Assembly (NCBI GenBank): GCA_021735165.1
Contig: JAIPHP010000001.1
Coordinates: 23,510-87,509, forward strand
Source of the DNA: Candidatus Woesearchaeota archaeon
Lineage (GTDB): Archaea; Nanobdellota; Nanobdellia; Woesearchaeales; 21-14-0-10-32-9
Direction of reading: 5' to 3'
Length of the DNA: 64,000 nt
Below are positions 1-9,470 of the stretch, in pieces. The position numbers were made by a program, and so were the translations under genes. Positions within the stretch are counted from its first letter, which is position 1. Each line of letters begins with the position of its first letter. Below the pieces are notes generated by a model that worked only from the letters and a program-made list of their open reading frames with translations, was not told the DNA's origin and did not search any database.

Positions 1-67
1 CTGCGGACTAAATTCTTTAATAAATACAACAACAGTATATGAAAGTCAAGAACACACAGAAAAATTC

Positions 68-424
68 ATGCAGGAATATGGCTCTTCAGACTTCTTATTC
101 TACAAACAACCAGACAACGCAATAATAGAGTGGAACTTAGTATTGTGGGACTTTTGGAACAACATAGAAACAACAAACAACAAACTAACAGAAGTCTGGG
201 CAGAAATAAACCTAAATGAAACCACAGGAAAAAACATAAACGGAAGCATAGTACCAAACGAAACTGCAACAGATACATCCATGCCAAAATCAACACCTCC
301 AAAAAACTACACGATACCCCTAAATACATACGACCTTCTAATCTGTGGAGATGGTGCTTGCAAATTCCCAGAACAAAACAACCCCGATAAACCACACTAT
401 TGCCTAACAGATTGCACACCATAA
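68..424 (+). CDS. hypothetical protein with Cys-rich C-terminus; frame is open back to window start so possibly 5'-partial
   Basis: ORF track; no in-frame stop between position 2 and the ATG at 68; no recognisable motifs. Confidence 0.3.
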   Translation: MQEYGSSDFLFYKQPDNAIIEWNLVLWDFWNNIETTNNKLTEVWAEINLNETTGKNINGSIVPNETATDTSMPKSTPPKNYTIPLNTYDLLICGDGACKFPEQNNPDKPHYCLTDCTP

Positions 425-502
425 AAAAACAACAAACAACACCCACAAGTAGAAACCTTTAAATACTAAACACTCATAAATACAAGTAAAAAGAGGGGAG
501 CA

Positions 503-934
503 ATGGGATACTCAGAAAATGAAATAATTACAACAGGAGTAGACAAACTAGTAGATTTCTTAAGAGGCAAAAAACAAATTGAACTTAAAGAAGCCGCAAA
601 AATGCTCCACGTACCCACAGAAATAGTGCAAAAATGGGTGGACTTCTTAATAGAAGAACACATCTTGGGAATGGAATACAAATTCACAACACCATACATC
701 TACCTAATAGAAGAAGAAAATAACAATAAAACAATAAAAGAACTAAAAAAAGAATTCCAAATCAAAGCAAAAAACAACAAATTAAACGAAACAAAATCAG
801 ACTTCTTATGGAAAAATCAAATACAACAAGCACTAACAAACAAAAAAAGCTTCTTTTACAAAGAAGCGGAAAAAAGACATCTAACAAACATAGACTACTT
901 ATGGGAAACATACAAAAAAATGGTGATGCAATAA
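503..934 (+). CDS. small hypothetical protein, possible helix-turn-helix, first gene of pilus-type operon
   Basis: ORF with SD-like gagggga 8 nt upstream of ATG; stop abuts next ATG at 935. Confidence 0.4.
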   Translation: MGYSENEIITTGVDKLVDFLRGKKQIELKEAAKMLHVPTEIVQKWVDFLIEEHILGMEYKFTTPYIYLIEEENNNKTIKELKKEFQIKAKNNKLNETKSDFLWKNQIQQALTNKKSFFYKEAEKRHLTNIDYLWETYKKMVMQ

Positions 935-1906
935 ATGAACACAACTGAAGAACTAGACTCATATATAGAAATGGACATAATACAATTCCTTGACAAAATA
1001 AGCGAAGCAAGCCAAATAGGAGACTATACATCAGAAAAACAACTACAAGAACTCCAAAAAGCATTAAACATAAAAGACACCCTATCAGCAATAAACACAA
1101 CACAAGAAGCAATACAAGAATTCAACCAAACTAATCAAACAGACCCCTACAAACAAATAAGACTAATAAAAATACAAGAAATAAGTGAAACCTTAACAGA
1201 ATACTGCAAAAAAAACAAAGACTCCCAAAAACTATGCAAAATAGCAGAAATGCTCAAAGATGAACTAGAAATAAAAAAAGACAAAACAGAAACAATAGAC
1301 ATACTACAAAAACTAGAACAAGAAAAACAAGAAAAACAAAACCAAAAACAAGAAAAATACTATCAAATAAAAACGCAACTAAACAAAAAATTAACAATAC
1401 TAAAAGAAATAATGACCACAAACTTACTAAAAAGAAACATACCTCAAGCCATAAACGCATACAAAAAAATGAAAATAATATTCACAAGATACCCTTCAAT
1501 ATACTTAGAAGAAAAAAAAGAACTATACAACGACCTAATAAGCTACTATATGCAAATTAAAAAAACAATGAAATACATAAAAGAAAAAGAAAAACGAGAC
1601 AAAATAATAAAAAAACAAAACGAAGAAAAACAACAAATAAAAATACAACAAATACACCTACAACAAATAGCCAACACAATACAAGAAATAAAAGAAGACG
1701 CCAAACAAGGAAGACTAGATGACGCAAAAAACAAAATAATAGAACTAAAAAGAATAAACTCGCAAATACCAAACAAATACACAACAATAAAAGAAACACT
1801 AAACAACAAAATAAACCTAATAAACGAGAGAATAGAATTCATAAAAAGATTTAGACAAACAAAAACACTAAATGAAACTCAAAAAACACAACAAATAACG
1901 AGCTAA
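935..1906 (+). CDS. low-complexity K/E/Q/N-rich coiled-coil protein
   Basis: 323-aa ORF directly after the previous stop in an AT-rich genome where random long ORFs are unlikely; strongly biased composition. Confidence 0.4.
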   Translation: MNTTEELDSYIEMDIIQFLDKISEASQIGDYTSEKQLQELQKALNIKDTLSAINTTQEAIQEFNQTNQTDPYKQIRLIKIQEISETLTEYCKKNKDSQKLCKIAEMLKDELEIKKDKTETIDILQKLEQEKQEKQNQKQEKYYQIKTQLNKKLTILKEIMTTNLLKRNIPQAINAYKKMKIIFTRYPSIYLEEKKELYNDLISYYMQIKKTMKYIKEKEKRDKIIKKQNEEKQQIKIQQIHLQQIANTIQEIKEDAKQGRLDDAKNKIIELKRINSQIPNKYTTIKETLNNKINLINERIEFIKRFRQTKTLNETQKTQQITS

Positions 1907-1911
1907 AAAAA

Positions 1912-3393
1912 ATGGAATCCCCAATAAGAAAAAAACTACTAGACAAATACACAACAACCATAAACAACATAAACATACAAATAGAAATAATAAGCGAAGA
2001 AGAAAAAGCAGTACCAACATACATAGTAAGCATAACAAACATATCAGAAACAACAAAACTAATACTAGAAAAAATAAGAGAAGAATTCATATCAAAACTA
2101 GATTTACAAGAACTAGAACAATCAAACACAAACTCAAACGAACCAACACTAAGAGATAAATTCTCAAAATCAATAGGAAAACTAATACAAAAATACTTCC
2201 CAGACACAGATCAAAAAACAAAAGAAATGCTAATAAACTACCTCCTAGAAGAAAACCTAGGACTAGGAAAAATAGATATCCTGTTAAAAGACCCACATTT
2301 AGAAGAAATAGTAATAAACAACCACACAGAACCAGTATGGGTATATCACAAAAAACACGGATGGCTTGAAACAAACATAAAAATAATGACTGAAGCAAGA
2401 ATAAGACACTACGCAACAATAATAGGCAGAGATGTAAACAAAGAAATAACAACACTAAACCCCCTAATGGATGCACACCTACTAAACGGAGACAGAGTAA
2501 ATGCAACACTAATACCAATAAGCACAAAAGGAAACACAATAACAATAAGAAAATTCGCAGAAGACCCATGGACAATAACCAAATTCATAAAAATGGGCAC
2601 AATAAGCATAGAAGCCGCATCCCTAATATGGTTAGGAATACAAAACGAATTAAGCATGCTCATAGCAGGAGGAACAGGATCTGGAAAAACAAGCATGCTA
2701 AACGTAGTAAGCAACTTTCTACCACCAAATCAAAGAATCATAAGCATAGAAGACACAAGAGAACTACAACTACCAAAAAACCTCCACTGGGTACCAATGG
2801 AAACAAGATTACCAAACCCTGAAGGAAAAGGCGGAGTAACAATGCTAGACCTACTAGTAAACAGCCTAAGAATGAGACCTGATAGGATAGTTGTTGGAGA
2901 AATAAGAAGAAAAGAAGAAGCACAAGTACTAATGGAAGCAATGCACACAGGACACTCAGTATATGCAACAATACACGCAAACAACGCAACAGAAACAATA
3001 ACAAGACTAACAAACCCACCAATAGAGATACCAAAACCAATGATCTCATCTCTATCAATGATTCTAGTACAAAACAGAAATAGACGAACAGGAAAAAGAA
3101 GAACACTGCAAATAGCAGAAATAACGCCCCAAGGAGACCCAAAAACAATATTGCAACTAAACGTAATGAAAGACAAACTAGAACAACATGAAGAACCAGA
3201 CACACTATACAAAACACTCTCACTATACACAGGAATGACAAAACAACAAATACAAGAAGACCTACTAAAAAAACAACAAATACTACGATGGATGATAAAC
3301 AACAACATAGAAAACATAGACCAAATAGGAAAAATAATGGCAAACTACTACCTAGGAAGACTTAAATACACCCAAAAACAAACAACAAAATGA
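1912..3393 (+). CDS. type II/IV secretion ATPase (VirB11/PilB/GspE/FlaI superfamily), archaeal type IV pilus assembly ATPase
   Basis: Walker A LIAGGTGSGKTS, Walker B-like VVGEIR, His-box region HTGHSVYATIHA, size about 490 aa; overlaps the next gene by ATGA. Confidence 0.9.
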   Translation: MESPIRKKLLDKYTTTINNINIQIEIISEEEKAVPTYIVSITNISETTKLILEKIREEFISKLDLQELEQSNTNSNEPTLRDKFSKSIGKLIQKYFPDTDQKTKEMLINYLLEENLGLGKIDILLKDPHLEEIVINNHTEPVWVYHKKHGWLETNIKIMTEARIRHYATIIGRDVNKEITTLNPLMDAHLLNGDRVNATLIPISTKGNTITIRKFAEDPWTITKFIKMGTISIEAASLIWLGIQNELSMLIAGGTGSGKTSMLNVVSNFLPPNQRIISIEDTRELQLPKNLHWVPMETRLPNPEGKGGVTMLDLLVNSLRMRPDRIVVGEIRRKEEAQVLMEAMHTGHSVYATIHANNATETITRLTNPPIEIPKPMISSLSMILVQNRNRRTGKRRTLQIAEITPQGDPKTILQLNVMKDKLEQHEEPDTLYKTLSLYTGMTKQQIQEDLLKKQQILRWMINNNIENIDQIGKIMANYYLGRLKYTQKQTTK

Positions 3394-4199
3394 GCTTAGC
3401 AGACATAATAGCATCAAAAAATCCGCATCTAAAAAAAGAATTAAAAGTTGCAAGAATAGAAAAAACACCTACAGAAATAGTTAAACAAAGCCTACAATTT
3501 GCAACATACACAACATTCGGATTCACATTCCTACTATTTCTATTCTTTCTAAAAGAAGGAACAGAACTAACATGGCTACTACTAATAGCCCCAATATTAT
3601 ACTACTTAATGTACAATTTCAACATGCTCAAAATAAAAAGCTCAATACTAAAAAGAAAAAAAGAAATTGACAAAGACGTATTATTCGCAGGAAGATACCT
3701 CCTAGTAAAACTAAACTCCGGACAACCCCTTATAAATGCTCTAATAGACGCATCAAAAAGTTATGGCGTAGCAAACAAATACTTTAAAGAAATAGTAAGA
3801 GAAATAGAACTTGGAAAACCCCTTGAAAACACACTAACAGAACAAGCAGAATACAGCCCATCAGAAAAATTCAGAAAAATACTCTTTCAAATAAGCAACG
3901 CACTAAAAATAGGAATAGACGTAACAGAATTCCTAGAAGCAACACTAGATGAAATAGCACAACAACAACTAATAGAAATAAACAGATACGGAAAAAAACT
4001 AAACTCCATAACACTATTTTATATGTTATTTGCAGTAGTAATGCCATCATTAGGAATCACAATAATAGTAATAGTATTAGGATTAGGAGGAAGCCCAATA
4101 GATAACAATTTTTTCGTAAGCTTACTATTCCTAATAACCTGCATCCAAATAATGTTCCTAGCAGTATACAAATCAATCAGACCAAACATAAACATATAA
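3390..4199 (+). CDS. TadC/FlaJ-like pilus platform membrane protein, N-terminal T2SS-F domain half
   Basis: T2SS-F-like soluble domain (SLLFAGRYLLVKLNSGQPLINALIDASKSY...) between TM helices; translationally coupled to the ATPase. Confidence 0.8.
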   Translation: MSLADIIASKNPHLKKELKVARIEKTPTEIVKQSLQFATYTTFGFTFLLFLFFLKEGTELTWLLLIAPILYYLMYNFNMLKIKSSILKRKKEIDKDVLFAGRYLLVKLNSGQPLINALIDASKSYGVANKYFKEIVREIELGKPLENTLTEQAEYSPSEKFRKILFQISNALKIGIDVTEFLEATLDEIAQQQLIEINRYGKKLNSITLFYMLFAVVMPSLGITIIVIVLGLGGSPIDNNFFVSLLFLITCIQIMFLAVYKSIRPNINI

Positions 4200-4298
4200 A
4201 AAAACGAAACAATTCGTACTGTCTCGCACAGTACTTAACATGCGTGCCAACCGAGCAAAACCAGTTGGACCAAACATAAACATATAAAAAAATGAAAC
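4180..4298. repeat. 31-bp near-perfect direct repeat (4180-4210 and 4268-4298, one mismatch) flanking a 57-bp GC-rich spacer with hairpin GTACTG-N7-CAGTAC (4216-4234)
   Basis: read directly; first copy supplies the stop of the upstream TadC half, and the single C-to-T difference in the second copy creates the ATG of the downstream half. Confidence 0.7.
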
Positions 4299-5341
4299 AA
4301 AAAAACCCATTAAAACAAAAAACAAATTTCCTAGCAGACTTTGGAAAATCACTAGTTCCAAAAAAATTTAGACCAAATCTAAGAACATATTTAGCAAAAG
4401 CAGGACATCCAGACGTACCATATTCATACTTTGGAATATTATTCTTTTTAGGAATAGGACTAACAGCCCTAATATACTTCCTTTCAGGATTTGCAACCGA
4501 ACTACAAAACAGACAAATAATACTACAAGGAATATTCTCATTCCTATTTTGGGTAATAACAGCAACAATAATTGTTACAATAATCATGGCAGGATACTAC
4601 TTCAAAACCAACATGAAAATATACAAAAGAACAAAAGAACTAGAATCAAATCTCCCAGAATACTTAGTACTAGTAAGCACAAATCTAAAAGGAGGATTAA
4701 GCTTTGAAAAAAGTCTATGGAACGCAATAAAACCAGAATTTGGAATCTTAGCAGAAGAAATGGGCATAATAAGCAAAAAAGTAATGACAGGACAAGACTT
4801 AACAGATGCCCTTTTAGAACTAGCACAAAAATATGAATCCCCAACAATGAGAAGAACAATAGACATAATACTTGGAGAAATACAATCAGGAGGACAAGTA
4901 GCGCACGTACTAGACCAAATAATAGAAAATCTAAGAAAAACAAAAATAATACAAGAAGAAATGGCTGCAAACACACTACTATTCACAATATTTATAGCAG
5001 CAATAGTCACAGTAATAAGCCCACTGCTCTTCGCACTAGCAAAAGTGCTTTTGAGCATATTAATACAAGTAAGCAAACAAGTAGCACCTGCAGTAGCACA
5101 AAGCAGAGGAGCTGGAGGATTCAAAATAAAAGAAATAACCCTATCACTAGACGCATTTAGAAACTTTTCATTGGCAGCATTATTCATAATATCGACAAGT
5201 GCAAGCATGATACTTAGCATAATACAAAAAGGAGATATAAAAGCAGGACTAAAATACATACCCTTCTTCATAGCAATAGCATTCACACTATACTTCATAT
5301 TCAGTTTAGCTCTAGGAAGCTTCTTCACACTAGGATTCTAA
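4292..5341 (+). CDS. TadC/FlaJ-like pilus platform membrane protein, C-terminal T2SS-F domain half
   Basis: second T2SS-F-like domain (LPEYLVLVSTNLKGGLSFEKSLWNAI...QSGGQVAHVLDQI) plus TM helices; together with 3390-4199 gives about 618 aa, typical of a single FlaJ/TadC. Confidence 0.8.
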   Translation: MKQKNPLKQKTNFLADFGKSLVPKKFRPNLRTYLAKAGHPDVPYSYFGILFFLGIGLTALIYFLSGFATELQNRQIILQGIFSFLFWVITATIIVTIIMAGYYFKTNMKIYKRTKELESNLPEYLVLVSTNLKGGLSFEKSLWNAIKPEFGILAEEMGIISKKVMTGQDLTDALLELAQKYESPTMRRTIDIILGEIQSGGQVAHVLDQIIENLRKTKIIQEEMAANTLLFTIFIAAIVTVISPLLFALAKVLLSILIQVSKQVAPAVAQSRGAGGFKIKEITLSLDAFRNFSLAALFIISTSASMILSIIQKGDIKAGLKYIPFFIAIAFTLYFIFSLALGSFFTLGF

Positions 5342-5491
5342 GTTTACATTCCTAAACTAACAACTAGTATCAAAAAACAAAAGAATCCTGACAACACATT
5401 AAACAAACAACATTTCAAAAAAACACTCATAGAAACATTAATATCCAAAACAAACTACAAAACATTGCAGACATAAAAGAAAAAATCAAAA

Positions 5492-5550
5492 AGCTCCCTG
5501 GTCTTTCGTAAGGGGGGAGGGTGGTTGCAGAAAAGAATCCGCAGGGAGCT
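5492..5550. terminator. 9-bp inverted repeat AGCTCCCTG/CAGGGAGCT with 41-nt G-rich loop (GGGGGGAGGGTGG) between convergent genes
   Basis: read directly; GC-rich island in AT-rich intergenic DNA; function as terminator is a guess. Confidence 0.3.
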
Positions 5551-5564
5551 CATGACAATGAAAC

Positions 5565-5990
5565 TTATAATTTCTTGAATGAAAATGATCTAGGAGGTCT
5601 TCTAATTTCTTGAAGCCATAACAAACCAATTTTCATCATATTCTTATTGAAATTCTCTGAAATCTTGTAAGTTTTCTTATACAAATCGTAATCTATAATA
5701 CCCATAGTTTTCATGGGAGTTAGGATCCTATCGTAAAATTGTCGTTTATTATATGATATGGGCACAGGTTTCTTCTTTATAGGATTCCTAGGATCAGGGT
5801 CCTCGGGAGCCACAAGCGTACCATCGTGAAGAGCTGTGGCAAATAAAGACATCTCAGTTTTGCCAATCTCACCGTCTTTTAACTTCATCTCCTCTATAAG
5901 CATTTGAGCAACAACAACCTGCTGTTTAGTACTAAATATAATCTCAAAAATGCTTTCTGGCATATTGTATTGATCAAAAAGTATTACCAT
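5565..5990 (-). CDS. hypothetical protein
   Basis: ORF only. Confidence 0.4.
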   Translation of the reverse strand: MVILFDQYNMPESIFEIIFSTKQQVVVAQMLIEEMKLKDGEIGKTEMSLFATALHDGTLVAPEDPDPRNPIKKKPVPISYNKRQFYDRILTPMKTMGIIDYDLYKKTYKISENFNKNMMKIGLLWLQEIRRPPRSFSFKKL

Positions 5991-6079
5991 AACACTACAT
6001 AAACACTACTAATATATAAATGTTTCGATTGGTATAGGGTTTCGTATACTGACATAGTGTTTGGTGAGGGTGTGTAGAT

Positions 6080-7174
6080 TTATTTATTAGCATATTTAAT
6101 ATAAATTCTTTTAAGGCTCCTAAAAATACAAATATACCTAAACCCAAATTTAAAAAGCATAAAAGATTTCCACGACAACCCCCTAAGCCTGTAAAAAGGC
6201 CTTAAAAATAAAAACTTGACAAACCCAGAAAAATAAATCGCATCCTTAGTATATGCACCAACACCGTTTGTTCCTCTCTTTGCACGCACAACATAATGAA
6301 ACACAAGATCCAAATCATTACAAAATTTTTTAGTTTTCCTAAAAACAGTCTCAAAATCAAATCTTTCAGCATAATAAACAGCTAAATATTTAAGAGCAGA
6401 ACTATACAAGGTGTCAAACAAAAAACTTTTTCTGAACTCATAATAAGTAGCAAGTCCTTCCTCGAGCTCATCATAAAATGCTAAACCGACAGAAAAAATT
6501 TCAAGACTTTTCTTACCCTCCTGAAACCTTCTGACATGAACACCCACTTCATGATAAAGCAAACTTATAACATCATCAACAACATATCTATCTTTTTTTC
6601 TAATATAAATCTTCATTTCAACTTTAGAAATTCTTGCATCACCAACCATATCGCTAGAAATTTCAACAGACCAACCAGACATATTATTAGAATTAAGATA
6701 AGAATAAAACACACTAAGCATCTCGTTCTCATTCAAAAACATCTTTTTTCTTTTTCTAAAAATCAAACCATTTAAACAAACAAACTTAGCCAACAAAAAA
6801 AACACAAAATTCGTATGACCATAAATTTTTAAAGAATAATTCTTAAAATCTTCTAAAGAAATATTATGAATTAAATTAATTAAAAATTCCAATTCTGAAA
6901 TTTTTTCAGAATAAATAAAATAAAAATCTTCATTCTTAAAAAAAGATAATTCTTCTTTAAGACTTATTAATTCAGATTCGCAGTCAGTGAGGTCACTACG
7001 AGAATACTCAAAAAAGTTTTCCGGTAAACAAAAATCATTCTTAAAAAAAAAATTCTTCTTATCATCAAAATAATTTAATTTAAAATATTCATATTCTTCA
7101 TCCAAACCATATTTGTAAATAAAATCACAAAATTTTTTATCAAATTCCTTTACATCAATTTTTTTTTGACTCAT
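6080..7174 (-). CDS. DUF1704-family HExxH zinc metallopeptidase (QEGLA-motif family; tyrosine/phenylalanine carboxypeptidase-like)
   Basis: LLYHEVGVHVRRFQEG (HExxH) followed by DELEEGLATYYEF (QEGLA-like motif); last gene of operon with two amidoligases, overlapping upstream gene by 20 bp. Confidence 0.7.
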   Translation of the reverse strand: MSQKKIDVKEFDKKFCDFIYKYGLDEEYEYFKLNYFDDKKNFFFKNDFCLPENFFEYSRSDLTDCESELISLKEELSFFKNEDFYFIYSEKISELEFLINLIHNISLEDFKNYSLKIYGHTNFVFFLLAKFVCLNGLIFRKRKKMFLNENEMLSVFYSYLNSNNMSGWSVEISSDMVGDARISKVEMKIYIRKKDRYVVDDVISLLYHEVGVHVRRFQEGKKSLEIFSVGLAFYDELEEGLATYYEFRKSFLFDTLYSSALKYLAVYYAERFDFETVFRKTKKFCNDLDLVFHYVVRAKRGTNGVGAYTKDAIYFSGFVKFLFLRPFYRLRGLSWKSFMLFKFGFRYICIFRSLKRIYIKYANK

Positions 7175-8036
7175 ACAAATCCATCAAATTGTCATGAAAT
7201 TTTTCTAAAACATCATACGCCTCCACATTCAAAGGCTTAACTATACTCGTACAACCAGGTGCAGAAGTATTAACTTCTATTAAATGATTTGATAAAATAT
7301 CAAGTCCTGCAAAATAAACACCCATATTTTTTAATTTTTTAGCCACAGCACATACAATAAACTCTTCTTTTGACGATAAAGGAAGATTAGCATAATTGCC
7401 TCCTGAAGAAATATTATTAACATATGTATTTTTATTTACTCTCCCTATACTGCCAAGAACATCACCGTTAAAAACAATAACCCTTTTATCACCATCATTT
7501 TCAATAAATTCTTCACATATATATCCTTGAGGATATTCTGAATGCATCACTAAATAATCTTTTAACTTTTCTTCCACAGGTTTAAACTTATCAAAAAAAA
7601 CAATTCCTTTCCCACCAGTACCCTCAATAGGCTTTATTATCAAATCTTTTTCTTTAGATAAGAATTTTTTTAAAGAACCAACATCATTATTTGAATAAAT
7701 AAAATGTTCTGGAAGATGCTCTTGAAAATAATTTGGCTCGAAAGTTTTAGGAGCAGACAACAAAACTTTGCTTGGAGGATTAATAAAAAAAATATCATTT
7801 TCAAAACGAGATAAATAAGAACTTAATTCTCTGTTAAAAGGATACATAAAATAAAACACAAAATCTTTTTTCTTTAGTTCGTCTAAATTAAGCGAATCAG
7901 GAGTATAAGAAACAACATTATGCCCTTTATCTTGTAAAAATTTAAAATGACCGTAATCTTCTATTTGATCTTCAGACTCCAATAACACATCATCCAATTT
8001 TTTTCTTAATATTAAACCTATATCCATATCAAACAC
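7155..8036 (-). CDS. ATP-grasp ligase (RimK / glutathione synthetase-like)
   Basis: IIKPIEGTGGKGIVF..., EEFIENDGDKRVIVFNGDVLGSIGR, GLDILSNHLIEVNTSAPG are typical ATP-grasp motifs. Confidence 0.85.
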   Translation of the reverse strand: MFDMDIGLILRKKLDDVLLESEDQIEDYGHFKFLQDKGHNVVSYTPDSLNLDELKKKDFVFYFMYPFNRELSSYLSRFENDIFFINPPSKVLLSAPKTFEPNYFQEHLPEHFIYSNNDVGSLKKFLSKEKDLIIKPIEGTGGKGIVFFDKFKPVEEKLKDYLVMHSEYPQGYICEEFIENDGDKRVIVFNGDVLGSIGRVNKNTYVNNISSGGNYANLPLSSKEEFIVCAVAKKLKNMGVYFAGLDILSNHLIEVNTSAPGCTSIVKPLNVEAYDVLEKFHDNLMDLYESKKN

Positions 8037-9221
8037 TCACGAAATCAAAATTTTATTTTTATTCCAATCTTTTTTTATACTTTTAAAAACATTTTTCACA
8101 TATAAAGCCTTTTCTTTTTGAGACATATCAGAATACAATAAATTCTTTGAAATACTAGTTCTTTTAAGCAAATAATTTTTCTTCAAATAATCAGCAAAAA
8201 ACAATTCCTGGGAAGACATATCAGAACTGCAAAAATCAAAAACATTAACTGCCAAATCAAAAACATCATCTGATGATAAACCCTCCAACATAGCACTATT
8301 AGATAAATATTTTATTTTTTCAGAAGCAACATCTGTATTATCAGTACCTAAAAAATTTTCAAAAATATATTCATTTGATAAATTCAGTCTTTCAATTTTT
8401 CTTATTGAAGCAGAAGCTAAAGATATAAGACCAAAAATCAAATACAAATCAGGATTAGAGCCAAACCCCCTATACTCTATAGTTTTAAACTTCTTATTAA
8501 ATCTAACAGGTCCCCAAACAGATGAATATTTGTCCCCATACTTAACATAATCATCTCCATAAACAAGAGAAACCTCTCTAAAATCATTAAAACTTTTTTG
8601 TAAAAAATTTTCTAAAAAAATATAATCAGAAAAAACCCCTTGTAAATCCCCTTGATTTGGAAAATTATTGTAAAGAATTTTTCTATAAATAAAAGATCTC
8701 AAATTAAGTATTTCAAAATTATCAGAAAATTTGAAATCAGATTTTTTTGCTTTCCCAACAACAGGTGAAAATACAACGCCTAATGAATCGAATATATTAA
8801 GAAAATTATATAATCTTAAATTTGAATAATCTTCTTCTCTTTCATCAAAATGAAGATGAACCGCCATTATACTTCCAGATAAATAATACACTTCTTCACC
8901 AAGCATATTTTTTTTTAAATTATAATTTTGTTTATCCAATATTTCACTTTTAAAATTAAAATTAAAAGGATTGTCAATAGGTAAAAAATCATACCCTGAA
9001 TCATTTAACAAAATATCTAGTTTTTCTGTAAACTCACATAACTCATCAAAAACTTCAACTATATTTCCAGGAGTCCCTGAAAATTCTATTATTGATTTGC
9101 TGCAATCCAAGTGAAGAGGTAATCCATTTTCATTACAATAATTAACAATATTGACAGAATTATTTGAAGGATTAAAATCCTTATCTACCAGTAAAAATTC
9201 ATATTCTATACCAACATTCAT
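8037..9221 (-). CDS. GCS2-family carboxylate-amine ligase (YbdK / glutamate-cysteine ligase family 2)
   Basis: N-terminal VGIEYEFLLVD matches the GCS2 LGIELEMQVV signature; about 394 aa; abuts the ATP-grasp gene with no gap. Confidence 0.75.
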   Translation of the reverse strand: MNVGIEYEFLLVDKDFNPSNNSVNIVNYCNENGLPLHLDCSKSIIEFSGTPGNIVEVFDELCEFTEKLDILLNDSGYDFLPIDNPFNFNFKSEILDKQNYNLKKNMLGEEVYYLSGSIMAVHLHFDEREEDYSNLRLYNFLNIFDSLGVVFSPVVGKAKKSDFKFSDNFEILNLRSFIYRKILYNNFPNQGDLQGVFSDYIFLENFLQKSFNDFREVSLVYGDDYVKYGDKYSSVWGPVRFNKKFKTIEYRGFGSNPDLYLIFGLISLASASIRKIERLNLSNEYIFENFLGTDNTDVASEKIKYLSNSAMLEGLSSDDVFDLAVNVFDFCSSDMSSQELFFADYLKKNYLLKRTSISKNLLYSDMSQKEKALYVKNVFKSIKKDWNKNKILIS

Positions 9222-9440
9222 ATCTCAATCACTCTTTAATGTGTTAAATAACCCCAAAAAAAGGTTCGAATCAAAATAAAATACTACATTAATAAGCAAT
9301 AGTTGACAAACATAACTATATAAATCTTTCTAAACTAAAATAAACACATTAAAAGCATCAATAATAAGAAATAACTGGCATTAATCCATACTATTTCAAA
9401 AAGAAAGCTCAAATTAACCTAATTTTATTTCTGAAAAACC

Positions 9441-9449
9441 TTTATATAA
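9441..9449 (+). promoter_or_regulatory. TATA box TTTATATAA with purine-rich BRE-like GAAAAACC upstream, 22-30 bp before the ATG at 9471 (leaderless-type promoter)
   Basis: read directly; spacing typical for archaeal promoters. Confidence 0.4.
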
Positions 9450-9470
9450 TCTTCCTAAGTCTTTTGAATT

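Noticed and set aside
935-1906. Low-complexity 323-aa ORF as non-coding
   Set aside because: Kept as a CDS. In this AT-rich genome stop codons are frequent in non-coding DNA, and the ORF is flush with the neighbouring genes of the pilus operon.
4597-5328. 243-aa minus-strand ORF, and similar long antisense ORFs (2087-2575, 2730-3343, 46076-46456, 46532-47053, 59172-59564, 63224-63517, 63662-63988, 15696-16058)
   Set aside because: They lie entirely antisense to genes with clear family signatures (TadC halves, pilus ATPase, CaCA exchanger, Fic, permease, Taw1). Their Leu/Phe/Cys-rich low-complexity translations are the expected shadow of A-rich coding strands.
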